Source: Actinomycetes bacterium
GTDB lineage: Bacteria; Actinomycetota; Actinomycetes; Propionibacteriales; Nocardioidaceae
Direction of reading: 5' to 3'
DNA length: 54,787 nt
Assembly: GCA_030432975.1 (NCBI GenBank)
Contig: JAUILS010000001.1
Location: 1 to 54,787 of the forward strand
How positions within the stretch are numbered: position 1 is the stretch's first letter; each line of letters begins with the position of its first letter. The translations under genes and the position numbers were made by a program. Positions 1-12,593 of the stretch are shown here, piece after piece. The notes beneath the pieces were generated by a model that saw nothing but the letters and a program-made list of their open reading frames with translations, searched no databases and had not been told where the DNA came from.

Positions 1-1
1 G

Positions 2-457
2 CTGGTCGACCTCGTCGTCGAGACCGAGGGCGACACCCACATCGACGCCCACCACACCGTCGAGGACACCGCCATCGTGCTCGGGCAGGCGCTGCGGGAG
101 GCCCTCGGCGACAAGGCCGGCATCCGTCGGTTCGGCGACGCCCTCGTGCCGCTCGACGAGGCGCTGGTGCAGTGCGCCGTCGACGTCTCCGGGCGCCCCT
201 ACTGCGTCCACACCGGCGAGCCCGAGGGGCAGGAGTACGTCGCCATCGGCGGCGACTACCTCGGCTCGCTGACCCGTCACGTCTTCGAGACGCTGGCCTT
301 CCAGGCGCAGATCGCGCTGCACGTGCGGGTGCTGTCCAGCCGCGACCCGCACCACCTGGTCGAGGCGCAGTTCAAGGCCTTCGCGCGGGCGTTCCGCGAC
401 GCGGTCGCCCACGACCCGCGGGAGACGGGTGTGCCGTCGACCAAGGGCACGCTCTGA
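2..457 (+). CDS. hisB: Imidazoleglycerol-phosphate dehydratase (5' truncated by window)
   Basis: Frame open from base 2; motifs [29 protein letters not shown]-terminal VPSTKG. Confidence 0.97.
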   Translation: MVDLVVETEGDTHIDAHHTVEDTAIVLGQALREALGDKAGIRRFGDALVPLDEALVQCAVDVSGRPYCVHTGEPEGQEYVAIGGDYLGSLTRHVFETLAFQAQIALHVRVLSSRDPHHLVEAQFKAFARAFRDAVAHDPRETGVPSTKGTL

Positions 458-478
458 GAAGGCTGTGACGACCGGGTC

Positions 479-1108
479 ATGACGCAGGTCGCCGTCCTCG
501 ACTACGGGTCGGGGAACCTCCGCTCCGCCGTGCGCGCGCTCGAGCGCGCCGGCGCCACCGTCACGCTCACGTCCGAGCGCGCCGTCGCCGAGGCCGCCGA
601 CGGTCTCGTCGTGCCCGGCGTCGGGGCCTACGCCGCCTGCATGGCCGGGCTGCGCGCCGTCCACGGCCCGGAGATCATCGGCCGACGCCTGTCCGGTGGC
701 CGGCCGGTCCTGGGCATCTGCGTCGGCATGCAGGTGCTCTTCTCGCGCGGCGTCGAGCACGGCGTCGAGACCGCCGGGTGCGACGAGTGGCCGGGTGTGG
801 TCGAGCGACTGCACGCCCCCGTCGTCCCGCACATGGGCTGGAACACCGTGGCCGTCCCTGAGAGGTCGCGGCTGTTCGCGGGCATCGAGGGGGAGCGGTT
901 CTACTTCGTGCACTCCTACGCCGTGCGCGACTGGACGCTGGTGACCAACGACCGCACCCGCCCGCCGCTGGTGACCTGGGCCGAGCACGGCGGCGACCGC
1001 TTCGTCGCGGCCGTCGAGAACGGCCCGCTGTCCGCCACCCAGTTCCACCCCGAGAAGTCCGGCGACGCCGGTGCCGCCCTGCTGCGCAGCTGGGTGCAGA
1101 GCCTGTGA
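479..1108 (+). CDS. hisH: Imidazole glycerol phosphate synthase glutaminase subunit
   Basis: DYGSGN, PGVG, GICVGMQ, PHMGWN, QFHPEKS motifs. Confidence 0.97.
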   Translation: MTQVAVLDYGSGNLRSAVRALERAGATVTLTSERAVAEAADGLVVPGVGAYAACMAGLRAVHGPEIIGRRLSGGRPVLGICVGMQVLFSRGVEHGVETAGCDEWPGVVERLHAPVVPHMGWNTVAVPERSRLFAGIEGERFYFVHSYAVRDWTLVTNDRTRPPLVTWAEHGGDRFVAAVENGPLSATQFHPEKSGDAGAALLRSWVQSL

Positions 1109-1128
1109 CCGCCGACCGAAGGAGCCCC

Positions 1129-1887
1129 GTGTCTCAGCCCGACGACCAGCCCTACCTCGAGCTGCTGCCCGCCGTCGACATCGCCGGCGGCCAGGCCGTC
1201 CAGCTGGTCCAGGGGGTGGCCGGCTCCGAGAAGCGGTTCGGCGACCCCGTCGAGGCGGCGCTGCGCTGGCAGCAGGCGGGGGCGGAGTGGATCCACCTCG
1301 TCGACCTCGACGCCGCCTTCGGGCGCGGCCACAACCGCGAGCTCCAGGCCGAGATCGTCGGCCGGCTCGACATCGACGTCGAGATGAGCGGCGGCATCCG
1401 TGACGACGAGTCGCTGGAGGCCGCGATGGCCACCGGCTGCCGTCGGGTCAACATCGGGACCGCCGCCCTGGAGGAGCCCGCCTGGTGTGCCGAGGCGATC
1501 GCGCGGTTCGGGGACCGGGTCGCGGTCGGGCTCGACGTGCGGGGCCGCACGCTCGCGGCGCGGGGGTGGACACGGGAGGGCGGCGACCTGTTCGAGGTGC
1601 TCACCCGGCTCGACGCGGAGGGGTGCGCGCGCTACGTCGTCACCGACGTCAACAAGGACGGCATGCTCCAGGGGCCCAACCTCGACCTGCTCCGGTCCGT
1701 GTGCGCCGCCACCGACCGGCCGGTGGTCGCCTCGGGCGGCATCACCGAGCTGGCCGACCTCGAGGCGCTCCAGGGGCTGGTGGCCGAGGGCGTCGAGGGG
1801 GCGATCATCGGCACCGCGCTCTACGAAGGGCGGTTCACGCTCGCCGAGGCGCTGGCGCTGACCCTGCCCGGTGGACGGTCGTCGTGA
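1129..1887 (+). CDS. priA: Bifunctional phosphoribosyl isomerase PriA (HisA/TrpF)
   Basis: [37 protein letters not shown]; GTG at 1129 after AAGGAG; no separate trpF in the trp cluster. Confidence 0.92.
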   Translation: MSQPDDQPYLELLPAVDIAGGQAVQLVQGVAGSEKRFGDPVEAALRWQQAGAEWIHLVDLDAAFGRGHNRELQAEIVGRLDIDVEMSGGIRDDESLEAAMATGCRRVNIGTAALEEPAWCAEAIARFGDRVAVGLDVRGRTLAARGWTREGGDLFEVLTRLDAEGCARYVVTDVNKDGMLQGPNLDLLRSVCAATDRPVVASGGITELADLEALQGLVAEGVEGAIIGTALYEGRFTLAEALALTLPGGRSS

Positions 1888-2645
1888 GCCTCGCCGTACG
1901 CGTGATCCCGTGTCTGGACGTCGACGCCGGCCGGGTGGTCAAGGGGGTCAACTTCGAGAACCTCCGCGACGCCGGCGACCCCGTCGAGCTGGCCCGGCGC
2001 TACGACGCCGAGGGCGCCGACGAGCTGACCTTCCTCGACATCTCGGCCTCCCACCAGGGCCGGGCGACGACGATGGAGATCGTGTCCCGCACCGCTGAGC
2101 AGGTGTTCATCCCGCTCACCGTCGGGGGAGGGGTCGGGTCGGTCGACGACGTCGACCGGCTGCTGCGCGCCGGCGCCGACAAGGTGTCGGTCAACACCGC
2201 GGCGATCCACCGGCCCGAGCTGGTCGCCGAGATCGCCGACCGCTTCGGCAGCCAGGTGCTGGTGCTGTCGCTCGACGCCCGCCGGGCGAGCGGGACACCC
2301 TCCGGCTTCGAGGTCACCACCCACGGCGGCCGGAAGTCCGCCGGGCTCGACGCGTTGAAGTGGGTCGTGCGCGCAGCCGAGCTGGGCGTGGGCGAGGTGC
2401 TGCTCAACTCGATGGACGCCGACGGCACCCGCGACGGGTTCGACGTCGAACTGATCCGCGCCGTACGCCGTGAGGTCAGCGTCCCGGTCGTCGCCTCCGG
2501 CGGCGCGGGCGCCGCCGAGCACTTCCCGCCTGCCGTGGAGGCCGGCGCCGACGCCGTCCTCGCCGCCAGCGTCTTCCACTTCGGCACCGTGTCGATCGGC
2601 GAGGTCAAGGCGGCCCTCTCCGCCGCCGGCCACCCCACCCGCTAG
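1884..2645 (+). CDS. hisF: Imidazole glycerol phosphate synthase cyclase subunit
   Basis: [32 protein letters not shown]; GTGA overlap with priA stop. Confidence 0.97.
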   Translation: MSLAVRVIPCLDVDAGRVVKGVNFENLRDAGDPVELARRYDAEGADELTFLDISASHQGRATTMEIVSRTAEQVFIPLTVGGGVGSVDDVDRLLRAGADKVSVNTAAIHRPELVAEIADRFGSQVLVLSLDARRASGTPSGFEVTTHGGRKSAGLDALKWVVRAAELGVGEVLLNSMDADGTRDGFDVELIRAVRREVSVPVVASGGAGAAEHFPPAVEAGADAVLAASVFHFGTVSIGEVKAALSAAGHPTR

Positions 2646-2802
2646 GTCGACCCGGCAGATCTTCGGGTTGACCCGGCACATCTTCGGGTTGACCCGGCAG
2701 ATCTTCGGGTTGACCCGGCAGATCCTCGGGTGTCGGGGTTGAACTTCTGCCGGGTCAACCTGAACTTCTGCCGGGTCAACCTGAGCTTCTGCCGGGTCAA
2801 CC
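2645..2802. repeat. Two facing tandem arrays of a 21-bp unit (4 direct + 3 inverted copies)
   Basis: GGTTGACCCGGCAGATCTTCG-like units start at 2645, 2666, 2687, 2708; TGAACTTCTGCCGGGTCAACC-like units start at 2740, 2761, 2782; the two units are reverse complements over 15 contiguous bp. Confidence 0.95.
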
Positions 2803-2935
2803 TGAAGGGTGTCGGCGGTCGGGTGCGCGTGGCGCGGAATAGCCTGGCAAGTCGGTGGGGTTGCGACTCGAGGGACCGGACCGCCGGACGGGGCCGGGCG
2901 GAGACAGACGACGACACGAGGAGACGGGAGCGCGG

Positions 2936-4807
2936 GTGAGCAGGGGGCGGAGCCGGTCGACGACGCGGCGCGGCTTCGCCGTCCTGGGGGTGGCGATCCG
3001 GCGAGAGCGGTGGGTGTTCGCGGCGTCGACGCTCGGCAGCGTGCTGTTCGGGGCGCTCACGGTGGCCGACGCCTGGGTGCTCGGCTGGGCCACCGACCAC
3101 GCGATCGTCCCGGCGTTCCGCGACGGCGAGGTCGGGACGGGGGTGCTCTGGACGGTGGTCGCCCTGTTCGTCGGCGTGGCCATGCTGCGGGCCGTCGGCA
3201 TCGTCGCGCGGCGGCTCGGCGCCGGCGTCATGCAGTACCGCATGCAGGCCCACGACCGGCGCGCCGTCACCCGTCAGTACCTCGCCCTCCCGATGGCCTG
3301 GCACCAGCGGCACCCGACGGGGCAGCTGCTCTCCACCGCGAGCTCCGACGTCGAGGCGGCCTGGGGGCCGATCGCGCCGCTGCCGATGGCGGTCGGCACC
3401 ATCGCGATGATGGTGATCGCGGTGGCCCAGATGCTGGCCGCCGACGTGGTGATGGCCGTCGTCGGGCTGCTCGTCTTCCCCGCGGTGGTGGCGACCAACC
3501 TCATCTACCAGCACTTCACCTCGCCGCTGATGACCCGCGCGCAGGCGCTGCGCGGCGAGGTCAGCGAGATCGCCCACGAGTCCTTCGACGGCGCCATGGT
3601 CGTCAAGACGCTCGGCCGGGAGCCGGAGGAGACCGAGCGCTTCGCCGCGAAGGCTCTCGAGCTGCGCGACGTCAACATCCGGGCCGGCCGCATCCGCGCG
3701 GCGTTCGACCCGACCCTCGCGGCGCTGCCCAACCTCGGCGTCCTGGTGGTGCTCGCCGTCGGCGTCAGCCGGGTGCTGTCCGGCGCCACCGAGCCCGGCG
3801 ACGTGGTCACGGTCGCCTACCTCCTCACCATCGTCTCCTTCCCGATCCGCTCCCTCGGGTGGCTGCTGGGGGAGTTCCCGCGCAGCGTGGTGGGCTTCGA
3901 CCGGGTGCGCGCCGTGCTGGGGGCCACGGGCGAGATGGCGTACGGCGACCGGTCGTTCCCGCACCCCGACCGCGGGGCGCGGCTGGAGGTCGCCGGGCTC
4001 TCCTACTCCCATGCCGACGACCAGACCCTGCTCCGCGACCTCGACCTGGTCGTCGAGCCCGGTCGCACCGTGGCCCTGGTGGGCGCAACCGCCTCGGGCA
4101 AGAGCACGCTCACCAGCCTGCTCGCCCGGCTGGTCGACCCCGACTCCGGCGCCGTCACCGTCGACGGCGTCGACCTGCGCGACCTCGCCCGCGGCGAGCT
4201 GGCCGGCACGCTGGCCGTCGTCCCGCAGACGGCCTTCGTCTTCGACGACACCGTCCGCGGCAACGTCGCGCTCGGCGCCGCGGTCTCCGACGAGGCCGTC
4301 TGGCACGCGCTGCGCACCGCGCAGGCCGACGGCTTCGTCGCGGCGCTGCCCGACGGCCTCGACACCAGGCTGGGCGAGCGCGGCACCTCGCTCTCCGGCG
4401 GGCAGCGCCAGCGTCTGGCCCTCGCCCGCGCGCTGGTACGCCGGCCACGGCTGCTGGTCCTCGACGACGCCACGTCGGCCGTCGACCCGGAGGTGGAGGC
4501 GCGCATCCTCGCTGCGCTCCGCCGCGACGGCGGGTCCGATGGCACCTCCGACGACGAGGCAGCCGCTCCCGACACGACGCTCGTCGTGGTGGCCTACCGC
4601 AAGGCCACGATCTCCCTGGCCGACGAGGTGGTCTTCCTCGCCGACGGCCGTATCGCCGACCGGGGCACCCACGCCGCCCTGCTCGCCCGCAATCCGGCCT
4701 ACGCCCGCCTCGTCAACGCCTACGAGCAGGAGCACCCCCTCTCCGACGAGCCCGCCGGGCCGGTCACCCCCGGCACCCCCGGCACCCCCGAGGAGGCCCG
4801 CCCATGA
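2936..4807 (+). CDS. ABC exporter half-transporter (TMD+NBD), degenerate-site subunit
   Basis: TM helices, then [13 protein letters not shown], Walker B LLVLDD, switch VAYR. The GTG start at 2936 (after GGGAG) is uncertain. Confidence 0.9.
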   Translation: MSRGRSRSTTRRGFAVLGVAIRRERWVFAASTLGSVLFGALTVADAWVLGWATDHAIVPAFRDGEVGTGVLWTVVALFVGVAMLRAVGIVARRLGAGVMQYRMQAHDRRAVTRQYLALPMAWHQRHPTGQLLSTASSDVEAAWGPIAPLPMAVGTIAMMVIAVAQMLAADVVMAVVGLLVFPAVVATNLIYQHFTSPLMTRAQALRGEVSEIAHESFDGAMVVKTLGREPEETERFAAKALELRDVNIRAGRIRAAFDPTLAALPNLGVLVVLAVGVSRVLSGATEPGDVVTVAYLLTIVSFPIRSLGWLLGEFPRSVVGFDRVRAVLGATGEMAYGDRSFPHPDRGARLEVAGLSYSHADDQTLLRDLDLVVEPGRTVALVGATASGKSTLTSLLARLVDPDSGAVTVDGVDLRDLARGELAGTLAVVPQTAFVFDDTVRGNVALGAAVSDEAVWHALRTAQADGFVAALPDGLDTRLGERGTSLSGGQRQRLALARALVRRPRLLVLDDATSAVDPEVEARILAALRRDGGSDGTSDDEAAAPDTTLVVVAYRKATISLADEVVFLADGRIADRGTHAALLARNPAYARLVNAYEQEHPLSDEPAGPVTPGTPGTPEEARP

Positions 4808-6618
4808 GCACGGTCTCGCCCTCCGGCACCCGGATGGACACCGGCGAGGACATCGCCGCCCTCGAGACCATCCGCCGCGGCATCCGCTTCTCGCCCGAGC
4901 TGACCGAGGGCTTCCGCACGACGCTGCTGCTGGCGGTCCTCGCGGCCGTGGGCCAGGTGGTGGTGCCGGTCGCCGTGCAGCAGACGCTCGACCACGGCCT
5001 CGGCGCCGCCGGGGGCCCCGACGTCCGGTTCACCGTGCTGATGGGGCTGGCCGCGGCCGCCGCGATCGCGGTCACCGGCGTGGCGTCGTACCTCATGACC
5101 AGCCGCCTCTTCAGCACCTCCGAGCGCGGTCTCGCCACGCTCCGCACGAAGGCATTCCGCCACGTCCACGACCTGCCGCTGCTCACCCAGAACACCGAGC
5201 GCCGGGGCGCCCTGGTCGCCCGGGTGACCAGCGACGTCGACCAGGTCAGCCAGTTCCTGGTCTTCGGCGGGCTGCTCTTCATCGTCAGCCTCGGCCAGAT
5301 GGCGGTGGCCACCGTCGTGATGGCGGTCTACAGCTGGCAGCTGACCGTGGTGGTCTGGGTCTGCTTCGCCCCGCTGTTCCTGTCGCTGCGCTTCTTCCAG
5401 CGCCGGCTCACCGCCGCCTACGCCACCGTACGCCGGCAGGTCGGGGCGATGCTGTCGGCGATCTCCGAGCCCGTGGTGGGCGCGGCGGTGGTCCGCTCCT
5501 ACGCCATCGAGGCGCGCACCCAGCGCCGCATCGACGAGGCCGTCGCGGCGCACCAGGCCGCCAGCACCCGCGCCCAGGGCCTGACGGCGTTCTCGTTCTC
5601 CCTCGGCGGCATCTCGGCGGGCCTGGCCAACGCGGGGGTGATCGTGATCGGCATCCAGCTGGGGCTGGCCGGCGAGCTGACCGCCGGCCGGATCCTCGCG
5701 TTCGCGTTCCTGGTCACGCTCTTCGTCGGGCCGGTCCAGATGGGCACCCAGATCCTCACCGACGCCCAGAACGCCCTGGCGGGCTGGCGCCGGGTGATCG
5801 GCATCCTCGAGACGCCGGCCGACCTCGTCGACCCGGGCGAGACCGGCCACGACCTGCCCCGCGGACCCCTCGACGTGCGGTTCGAGGGGGTCACCTTCGC
5901 CTACCCCGGCGGCCCGCCGGTGCTCCACGACGTCACCCTGCACCTCGCCGCCGGCACCCGGGTCGCGATCGTGGGGGAGACCGGGTCGGGCAAGTCGACC
6001 TTCGCCAAGCTGCTCACGCGGCTGATGGACCCGTCGGCCGGGGTCGTCCGCCTCGACGGGGTCGACGTCCGCGAGATCCGCGGGGGCGCCCTGCGGCGCT
6101 CGGTGGTGCTGGTGCCGCAGGAGGGGTTCCTCTTCGACGACACGCTGCGGGCCAACCTGCGCTACGGCCGGCTCGATGCCGACGACGCCGCGCTGGAGGC
6201 CGCCGCGGCCGAGCTGGGGCTGGGCGACTGGCTGGCCGGGCTCCCGCGGGGGCTCGACACCCGGGTCGGGCAGCGGGGCGAGTCGCTCTCGGCCGGGGAG
6301 CGCCAGCTGGTGGCGCTGCTGCGCGCCCAGCTCGCCGACCCCGACCTGCTGGTGCTCGACGAGGCCACCAGCGCCGTCGACCCGGCGCTGGAGATGCGGC
6401 TCGGGCGGGCCCTGGAGCAGCTGATGCGCGGGCGCACGTCGGTGACCATCGCCCACCGGCTCTCCACCGCCGAGAAGGCCGACGAGGTCGTCGTGGTCGA
6501 CGGCGGCCGCGTGGTGCAGCGCGGCCCGCACGCCGAGCTGGTGGCCCAGCCCGGCGTCTACGCCGGCCTGCACGCCTCGTGGACCGCCCAGCACGGCGAC
6601 CCGGCCGGATCGCGATAA
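4804..6618 (+). CDS. ABC exporter half-transporter (TMD+NBD), consensus-site subunit
   Basis: ATGA overlap at 4804; [26 protein letters not shown]. Confidence 0.92.
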   Translation: MSTVSPSGTRMDTGEDIAALETIRRGIRFSPELTEGFRTTLLLAVLAAVGQVVVPVAVQQTLDHGLGAAGGPDVRFTVLMGLAAAAAIAVTGVASYLMTSRLFSTSERGLATLRTKAFRHVHDLPLLTQNTERRGALVARVTSDVDQVSQFLVFGGLLFIVSLGQMAVATVVMAVYSWQLTVVVWVCFAPLFLSLRFFQRRLTAAYATVRRQVGAMLSAISEPVVGAAVVRSYAIEARTQRRIDEAVAAHQAASTRAQGLTAFSFSLGGISAGLANAGVIVIGIQLGLAGELTAGRILAFAFLVTLFVGPVQMGTQILTDAQNALAGWRRVIGILETPADLVDPGETGHDLPRGPLDVRFEGVTFAYPGGPPVLHDVTLHLAAGTRVAIVGETGSGKSTFAKLLTRLMDPSAGVVRLDGVDVREIRGGALRRSVVLVPQEGFLFDDTLRANLRYGRLDADDAALEAAAAELGLGDWLAGLPRGLDTRVGQRGESLSAGERQLVALLRAQLADPDLLVLDEATSAVDPALEMRLGRALEQLMRGRTSVTIAHRLSTAEKADEVVVVDGGRVVQRGPHAELVAQPGVYAGLHASWTAQHGDPAGSR

Positions 6619-6995
6619 TGGCCGGCGTGACCGACCTCGACCCCGCGATCGCCGCCCGGCTGACCCGCACCGCCGACGGGCTCGTCCCCGCGGTGGTGCA
6701 GCAGCACGACACCGGCGAGGTGCTGATGCTGGGCTGGATGGACGACGAGGCGCTGGCCCGCACGCTCGGCTCCGACCGGGTGACGTTCTGGAGCCGCAGC
6801 CGCCAGGAGTACTGGCGCAAGGGCGACACCTCCGGGCACCGTCAGTGGGTCAAGGAGGTGCGCCTCGACTGCGACGGCGACACGCTGCTGGTGCGGGTCG
6901 ACCAGGAGGGGCCCGCGTGCCACACCGGTGCGCGCACCTGCTTCGACGCCGACCTGCTCCGCGGCCCGGCCGACGAGGGGTCCGGTGCGGGCTGA
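6618..6995 (+). CDS. hisI: Phosphoribosyl-AMP cyclohydrolase
   Basis: [40 protein letters not shown]; TAATG overlap with upstream stop (alternative start GTG 6627). Confidence 0.95.
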   Translation: MAGVTDLDPAIAARLTRTADGLVPAVVQQHDTGEVLMLGWMDDEALARTLGSDRVTFWSRSRQEYWRKGDTSGHRQWVKEVRLDCDGDTLLVRVDQEGPACHTGARTCFDADLLRGPADEGSGAG

Positions 6996-7638
6996 CGCGC
7001 CCGGGCGCCGGTGGTTCGGCCCAGTGGTGCTGGCCGGGCTCGGTGGCAGCGGGCTGGCGACGCTGGCGGCCAACCGGCCGTGGTTCGCCTACGACGAGGC
7101 CCTCGACCTGGCTCCGGTCGCGGGCCTGGCCGACACCGTTGGCCAGGTGCCGCTGGCGGCGGCGCTCGGCCTGGTCTGCCTCGCGGCGTGGGGGGCGCTG
7201 CTGGTGACCCGGGGCCGACTCCGGCGGGCGCTCGCGGGGCTGGCCGCTCTCGCCGCCGCGGGGGTGCTGGCGGCCTGGGCCTGGGCGTGGGGCACGGTGC
7301 CCGCCACCCTCGCCGACGACGCCGCCGCGCTCGGGGCCGCCGACGTCAGCACGCACGCCACCGGGTGGTACGCCCTGGCCGGCGCGGGAGCCCTGGTCGC
7401 CCTGGGCGCCGCCGTGGCCGGCGTTAGCCTCGCGCCGGGCTGGCCCGAGATGGGTCGCAGGTACGACGCCCCGGCGACCGCGGCCGCCCTGACCCAGGAC
7501 CGACCCGCCCCGGAGCGACCCGTCCAGAACCGGCCGGCGCCGGATCGACCCGGCCAGGACGCGGACGAGGAGGTCAGTGGTCGCGACCTGTGGCGCGCCC
7601 TGGACGAGGGTCGTGACCCGACAGCGGGCGAGGAGTGA
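6985..7638 (+). CDS. Trp biosynthesis-associated membrane protein (Trp_oprn_chp-like)
   Basis: About 4 TM segments, WPEMGRRY and C-terminal [12 protein letters not shown] typical of the family; start approximate. Confidence 0.8.
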   Translation: MRADAPGRRWFGPVVLAGLGGSGLATLAANRPWFAYDEALDLAPVAGLADTVGQVPLAAALGLVCLAAWGALLVTRGRLRRALAGLAALAAAGVLAAWAWAWGTVPATLADDAAALGAADVSTHATGWYALAGAGALVALGAAVAGVSLAPGWPEMGRRYDAPATAAALTQDRPAPERPVQNRPAPDRPGQDADEEVSGRDLWRALDEGRDPTAGEE

Positions 7639-7705
7639 ATAGACTGACGGCCACCGACCGGCGGCGACCGTCCGACCGGCCCCAGCGAGGAGGAGACCCC
7701 GCCCC

Positions 7706-7897
7706 ATGAGCGCTCACCACGGCAGCACCCCCGCGGCATGGACCGGCGTGATCCTCGGGATGGTCGGCTTCGTGATCGGCGGGGTGGGACTGATCCTCTC
7801 CCCGGTCAACATGACGCTGTTCTGGGTCGGCGTCGTGGTGACGGTCCTGGCGCTCCCGGTGTTCGCCGTGATGGCCAAGATGGGCATGAACTCCTGA
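7706..7897 (+). CDS. HGxxPAAW family small membrane protein
   Basis: N-terminus HGSTPAAW, two TM helices, SD AGGAG, upstream -10-like TAGACT at 7640. Confidence 0.85.
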   Translation: MSAHHGSTPAAWTGVILGMVGFVIGGVGLILSPVNMTLFWVGVVVTVLALPVFAVMAKMGMNS

Positions 7898-7901
7898 GCC
7901 G

Positions 7902-8342
7902 ATGACCGCCGTCGAGCCCGCTCTCGCGCTGCCCGCCCCGACGCGGGGGCAGCTGCTGCGGGCGCCGGTCCAGAGCCTGGTGGTGCTGGGCGCGGCGACG
8001 GTCGCGGTGCACCTGCGCGACCCGCACGTCTCCGGCAGCTGGGGCTTCTGCCCCTCCCGCCTGCTGTTCGGCATCGACTGCCCCGGCTGTGGCGGCCTGC
8101 GCGCCGTCAACGACCTCACCCATCTCGACCTCGGCGCCGCCGCGTCGTCGAACCTGCTGTTCTTCGCGTCGCTGCCGTTCATCGCCTGGGTGTTCGTGGC
8201 CTGGCTACGCAGCGCGTGGCGGGGCGAGCGCTACCAGCCGGCCTTCGTGCGACGTCCGTGGCCGGCCTACACCCTGTTCGCCGTGGCGATCGTGTTCATG
8301 GTGGTGCGCAACACCCCGCAGGGCGCCTGGCTGCACTCCTGA
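7902..8342 (+). CDS. DUF2752 family membrane protein
   Basis: CP..LLFGIDCPGCGGLRA motif, TM helices, C-terminal VRN. Confidence 0.85.
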   Translation: MTAVEPALALPAPTRGQLLRAPVQSLVVLGAATVAVHLRDPHVSGSWGFCPSRLLFGIDCPGCGGLRAVNDLTHLDLGAAASSNLLFFASLPFIAWVFVAWLRSAWRGERYQPAFVRRPWPAYTLFAVAIVFMVVRNTPQGAWLHS

Positions 8343-8351
8343 CCCACCCGT

Positions 8352-8388
8352 GACGAGGGCCCGGACCGTGTCGGTCCGGGCCCTCGTC
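8352..8388. terminator. Perfect 17-bp hairpin between convergent genes
   Basis: GACGAGGGCCCGGACCG-TGT-CGGTCCGGGCCCTCGTC. Confidence 0.8.
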
Positions 8389-8404
8389 GACGGGCGAGGC
8401 GGGG

Positions 8405-8845
8405 TCAGCCCCCGACCGAGGCCGAGAACGACCCCGTCACGATCGCGAACAGGAAGCCCAGCACGCTCAGCGCGGTGCCGATGATGCCGAGGATCATGCC
8501 GATGTTGGCGGTGCTGCCGGACTGGCCGGCGGCCTCGAGCTCTGCCTTGGCGTTGCGGCCCATGATGATCGCCGGGATGCCGGTGAAGAAGCCACAGCAG
8601 ACGAGGCTCAGGATGCCGAGGACCAGCGCCCAGGTGGCCTTCTGGGTGTTGACCGGCGCGGCACCGGGCTGCCCGTAGGCAGGCTGGCCGTACGCCGGCT
8701 GCCCGTAGGCCGGCTGTCCCGGCGGGGGCTGGCCGTACTGCGGTTGACCGGGCTGGGGCTGTCCCGGCTGCGGTTGGCCGTAGCCCGAGCCCGGGGGCGG
8801 CTCGCCTTCCGGCGGCGGAGGGGGAGGTGGTGCCTGGTCGCTCAT
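8405..8845 (-). CDS. DUF4190 family membrane protein with Pro/Gln/Gly-rich repeat N-terminus
   Basis: [10 protein letters not shown] repeats, then [21 protein letters not shown] and a second TM helix. Confidence 0.8.
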   Translation of the reverse strand: MSDQAPPPPPPPEGEPPPGSGYGQPQPGQPQPGQPQYGQPPPGQPAYGQPAYGQPAYGQPGAAPVNTQKATWALVLGILSLVCCGFFTGIPAIIMGRNAKAELEAAGQSGSTANIGMILGIIGTALSVLGFLFAIVTGSFSASVGG

Positions 8846-9003
8846 GGACGATGCCTTCCGATTCCCGGGCCGAGTGGCTTCGGCCCCCGTTGCGGGGGAG
8901 GCTACACAGCGCCCACCCCTCGGGTCACGCGTATCCGCGTTGGTGCCGCGTGGGATGCTGGGGCCGCCCCCTGCCGCTTCCGACCCGCCCGGAGGACCGA
9001 CCC

Positions 9004-9821
9004 GTGTCCGTGCTCGACGAGATCGTCGTCGGCGTGCGCGCCGACCTCGCGCAGCGGCGGGCCGCGACGACCGAGGCCGACCTGCGCGCCGCGCTCGCCG
9101 ACGTCGACCCGCCCCGCGACCCGATGCCCGCGCTGCGTGCGCCGGGCTCGAGCGTGATCGCGGAGGTCAAGCGGCGCAGCCCCAGCAAGGGCGACCTCGC
9201 CGACATCCCCGACCCGGCCGCGCTCGCGACGGCGTACGCCGCCGGCGGGGCGGCCGCGATCAGCGTGCTCACCGAGCAGCGACGCTTCGGGGGCAGCCTC
9301 GACGACCTGCGAGCGGTGCGGGTCGCCGTCGACGTCCCGCTGCTGCGCAAGGACTTCCTGGTCGATCCCTACCAGGTCCTCGAGGCCCGGGCCGCGGGCG
9401 CCGACCTGGTGCTGCTGATCGTCGCCGCCCTCGACGACGACCTGCTGCGGCGGCTCCACGACCAGGCGCGGGAGCTCGGGATGCAGGTGCTGGTCGAGGT
9501 CCACGACGAGGCGGAGACCGAGCGGGCGGTGGCCCTCGGCGCCGAGCTCGTCGGGGTCAACGCCCGCAACCTCAAGACGCTCGCCGTCGACCCCGACACC
9601 TTCGGCCGGCTGGCCCCGCAGCTGCCCGCCGACCGGGTCGCCGTGGCCGAGTCCGGCGTCGGCGGCCCCGCCGACGTGCAGCGCTACGTCGACGAGGGCG
9701 CCCGCGCGGTGCTGGTCGGCGAGGCGCTGGTGCGCGACGGCGACCCCACGGCAGCGGTGCGGGCGATGAGCGGGCTGACCCGCGGCGCCCTGCCTGCCGC
9801 CCCCGCCACGGGAGGTGCCCG

Positions 9822-9825
<4 letters not shown>
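9004..9825 (+). CDS. trpC: Indole-3-glycerol phosphate synthase
   Basis: [33 protein letters not shown]; GTG at 9004 after GGAGGA. Confidence 0.96.
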
Positions 9826-11059
<1,234 letters not shown>

Positions 11060-11063
<4 letters not shown>

Positions 11064-11887
11064 GCGTCGCCCCCGCCTTCGCCCGGGCCCGCGAGGAGGG
11101 CCGGGCGGCCCTGGTCGGCTACCTCCCGGCCGGGTTCCCGTCGGTCGCGGGCGGCATCGAGGCGCTCCGCGTGCTGGTCGACGCCGGCTGCGACGTGATC
11201 GAGGTCGGGCTGCCCTACAGCGACCCGGTGATGGACGGCCCGACCGTGCAGGCGGCGGCCCAGCAGGCCCTCGACGGCGGGGTCCGCACCAGCGACGTGC
11301 TGCGCACGGTCGAGGCCGTGGCCGCCACCGGCACGCCCACCGTGGTGATGACCTACTGGAACCCCGTCGAGCGCTACGGCGTCGAGCGCTTCGCGGCCGA
11401 CCTCGCCTCCGCCGGGGGAGCGGGCCTGATCACCCCCGACCTCACCCCCGACAGCGGCAGCGGCTGGGTCGAGGCGGCCGACCGGCACGACCTCGACAAG
11501 ATCTTCCTGGTCGCCCCCTCGTCGACCGACGAGCGGCTGGCGATGACCACGTCCGCCTGCCGCGGCTTCGTCTACGCCACCGCCGTCATGGGCGTCACCG
11601 GCGCACGCGCCACGACCAGCGACCTCGCGCCGCCGCTGGTCGCCCGCACCCGCGAGGTCACCGACCTGCCCATCGGGGTCGGCCTCGGTGTCAGCACCGG
11701 CGCGCAGGCCGCCGAGATCGCGGCCTACGCCGACGGCGTGATCGTCGGCTCGGCCCTGGTGCGGGTGCTGCTCGACCACCCCGACGACCCGCCCGCCGGC
11801 GTGCGGCGGCTGGCCCAGCTGACCACCGAGCTGGCCGAGGGCGTGCGCCGCGGGGGAGCCCTCCGGGGAGACCTGGCGCGTGCCTGA
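11060..11887 (+). CDS. trpA: Tryptophan synthase alpha chain
   Basis: [35 protein letters not shown]; GTGA overlap. Confidence 0.97.
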
Positions 11888-12593
11888 CGTCCGGTCTGCC
11901 GGGCGGCCACCACGGCGCCCCCGGTCCCGCCTCGCCCGCCGGTGGTCGGTCGGCCTCGCCGCGTCGCTGCTCGCAGGGGCGCTCGCCGCCTGCGGCGGCG
12001 GCACCGAGCCGGTCGCCACGATCCGCGGCGGCGACGACGACGGCCTCCACGGCGCGCTGCTGGTCGAGCAGTACGTCGTCCCCGACCTGCCGCTCACCGA
12101 CACCGGCGGGCAGCCCTTCAGCCTGGCGGCCGACACCGACAAGCCGCTCACGCTGGTGTTCTTCGGCTACACCCACTGCCCCGACATCTGCCCGCTGACG
12201 ATGGCCAACGTCGCCTCCGCGGTGGCCCGGCTCAGCGACGAGCAGCGCGCGCAGCTCGACGTCGTGGTGGTCACCACCGACCCCGCTCGCGACGACGAGG
12301 CGACCCTCCGGGCCTGGCTCGACCGGTTCGCCCCCGACTTCATCGGCCTGACCGGCCCGCTGCCGCGGATCACCCGGATCGCCGAGGCGATGGGGGTGGC
12401 CATCGAGAAGGGCCGCAAGCTCCCCAGCGGCGGCTACGAGGTCGACCACGGCACGCCGCTGGTCGCCGTCGACGCCCAGGACCGCTCGCCGGTCGTCTGG
12501 ACCCAGGGCTTCAGCCCCGTCGACCTGGCCGAGGACCTGGCGGCCCTGCTCGACCACCCCGAGGACTTCGACCTGGAGCAGAGCGATGAGTGA
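11880..12593 (+). CDS. SCO1/SenC family copper chaperone, probable lipoprotein
   Basis: FFGYTHCPDICP (CxxxC), DPARD, YEVDH; lipobox ALAACG. Confidence 0.9.
   Translation: MPDVRSAGRPPRRPRSRLARRWSVGLAASLLAGALAACGGGTEPVATIRGGDDDGLHGALLVEQYVVPDLPLTDTGGQPFSLAADTDKPLTLVFFGYTHCPDICPLTMANVASAVARLSDEQRAQLDVVVVTTDPARDDEATLRAWLDRFAPDFIGLTGPLPRITRIAEAMGVAIEKGRKLPSGGYEVDHGTPLVAVDAQDRSPVVWTQGFSPVDLAEDLAALLDHPEDFDLEQSDE

Noticed and set aside
2645-2806. 21-bp repeats as a CRISPR array or as coding repeats (LTRQIFG / NLNFCRV ORFs)
   Set aside because: The units abut with no unique spacers and there are no cas genes; the peptide repeats are a by-product of a period divisible by three.
2809-6995. 1269-aa and 994-aa ORFs suggesting ABC or ABC-HisI fusions
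   Set aside because: The N-terminal parts are off-frame Arg/Pro-rich read-through of GC-rich DNA; the real genes start at 4804 and 6618 with stop/start overlaps.
8846-9003. trp attenuator upstream of trpC
   Set aside because: No leader peptide with tandem Trp codons and no terminator/antiterminator pair is visible.
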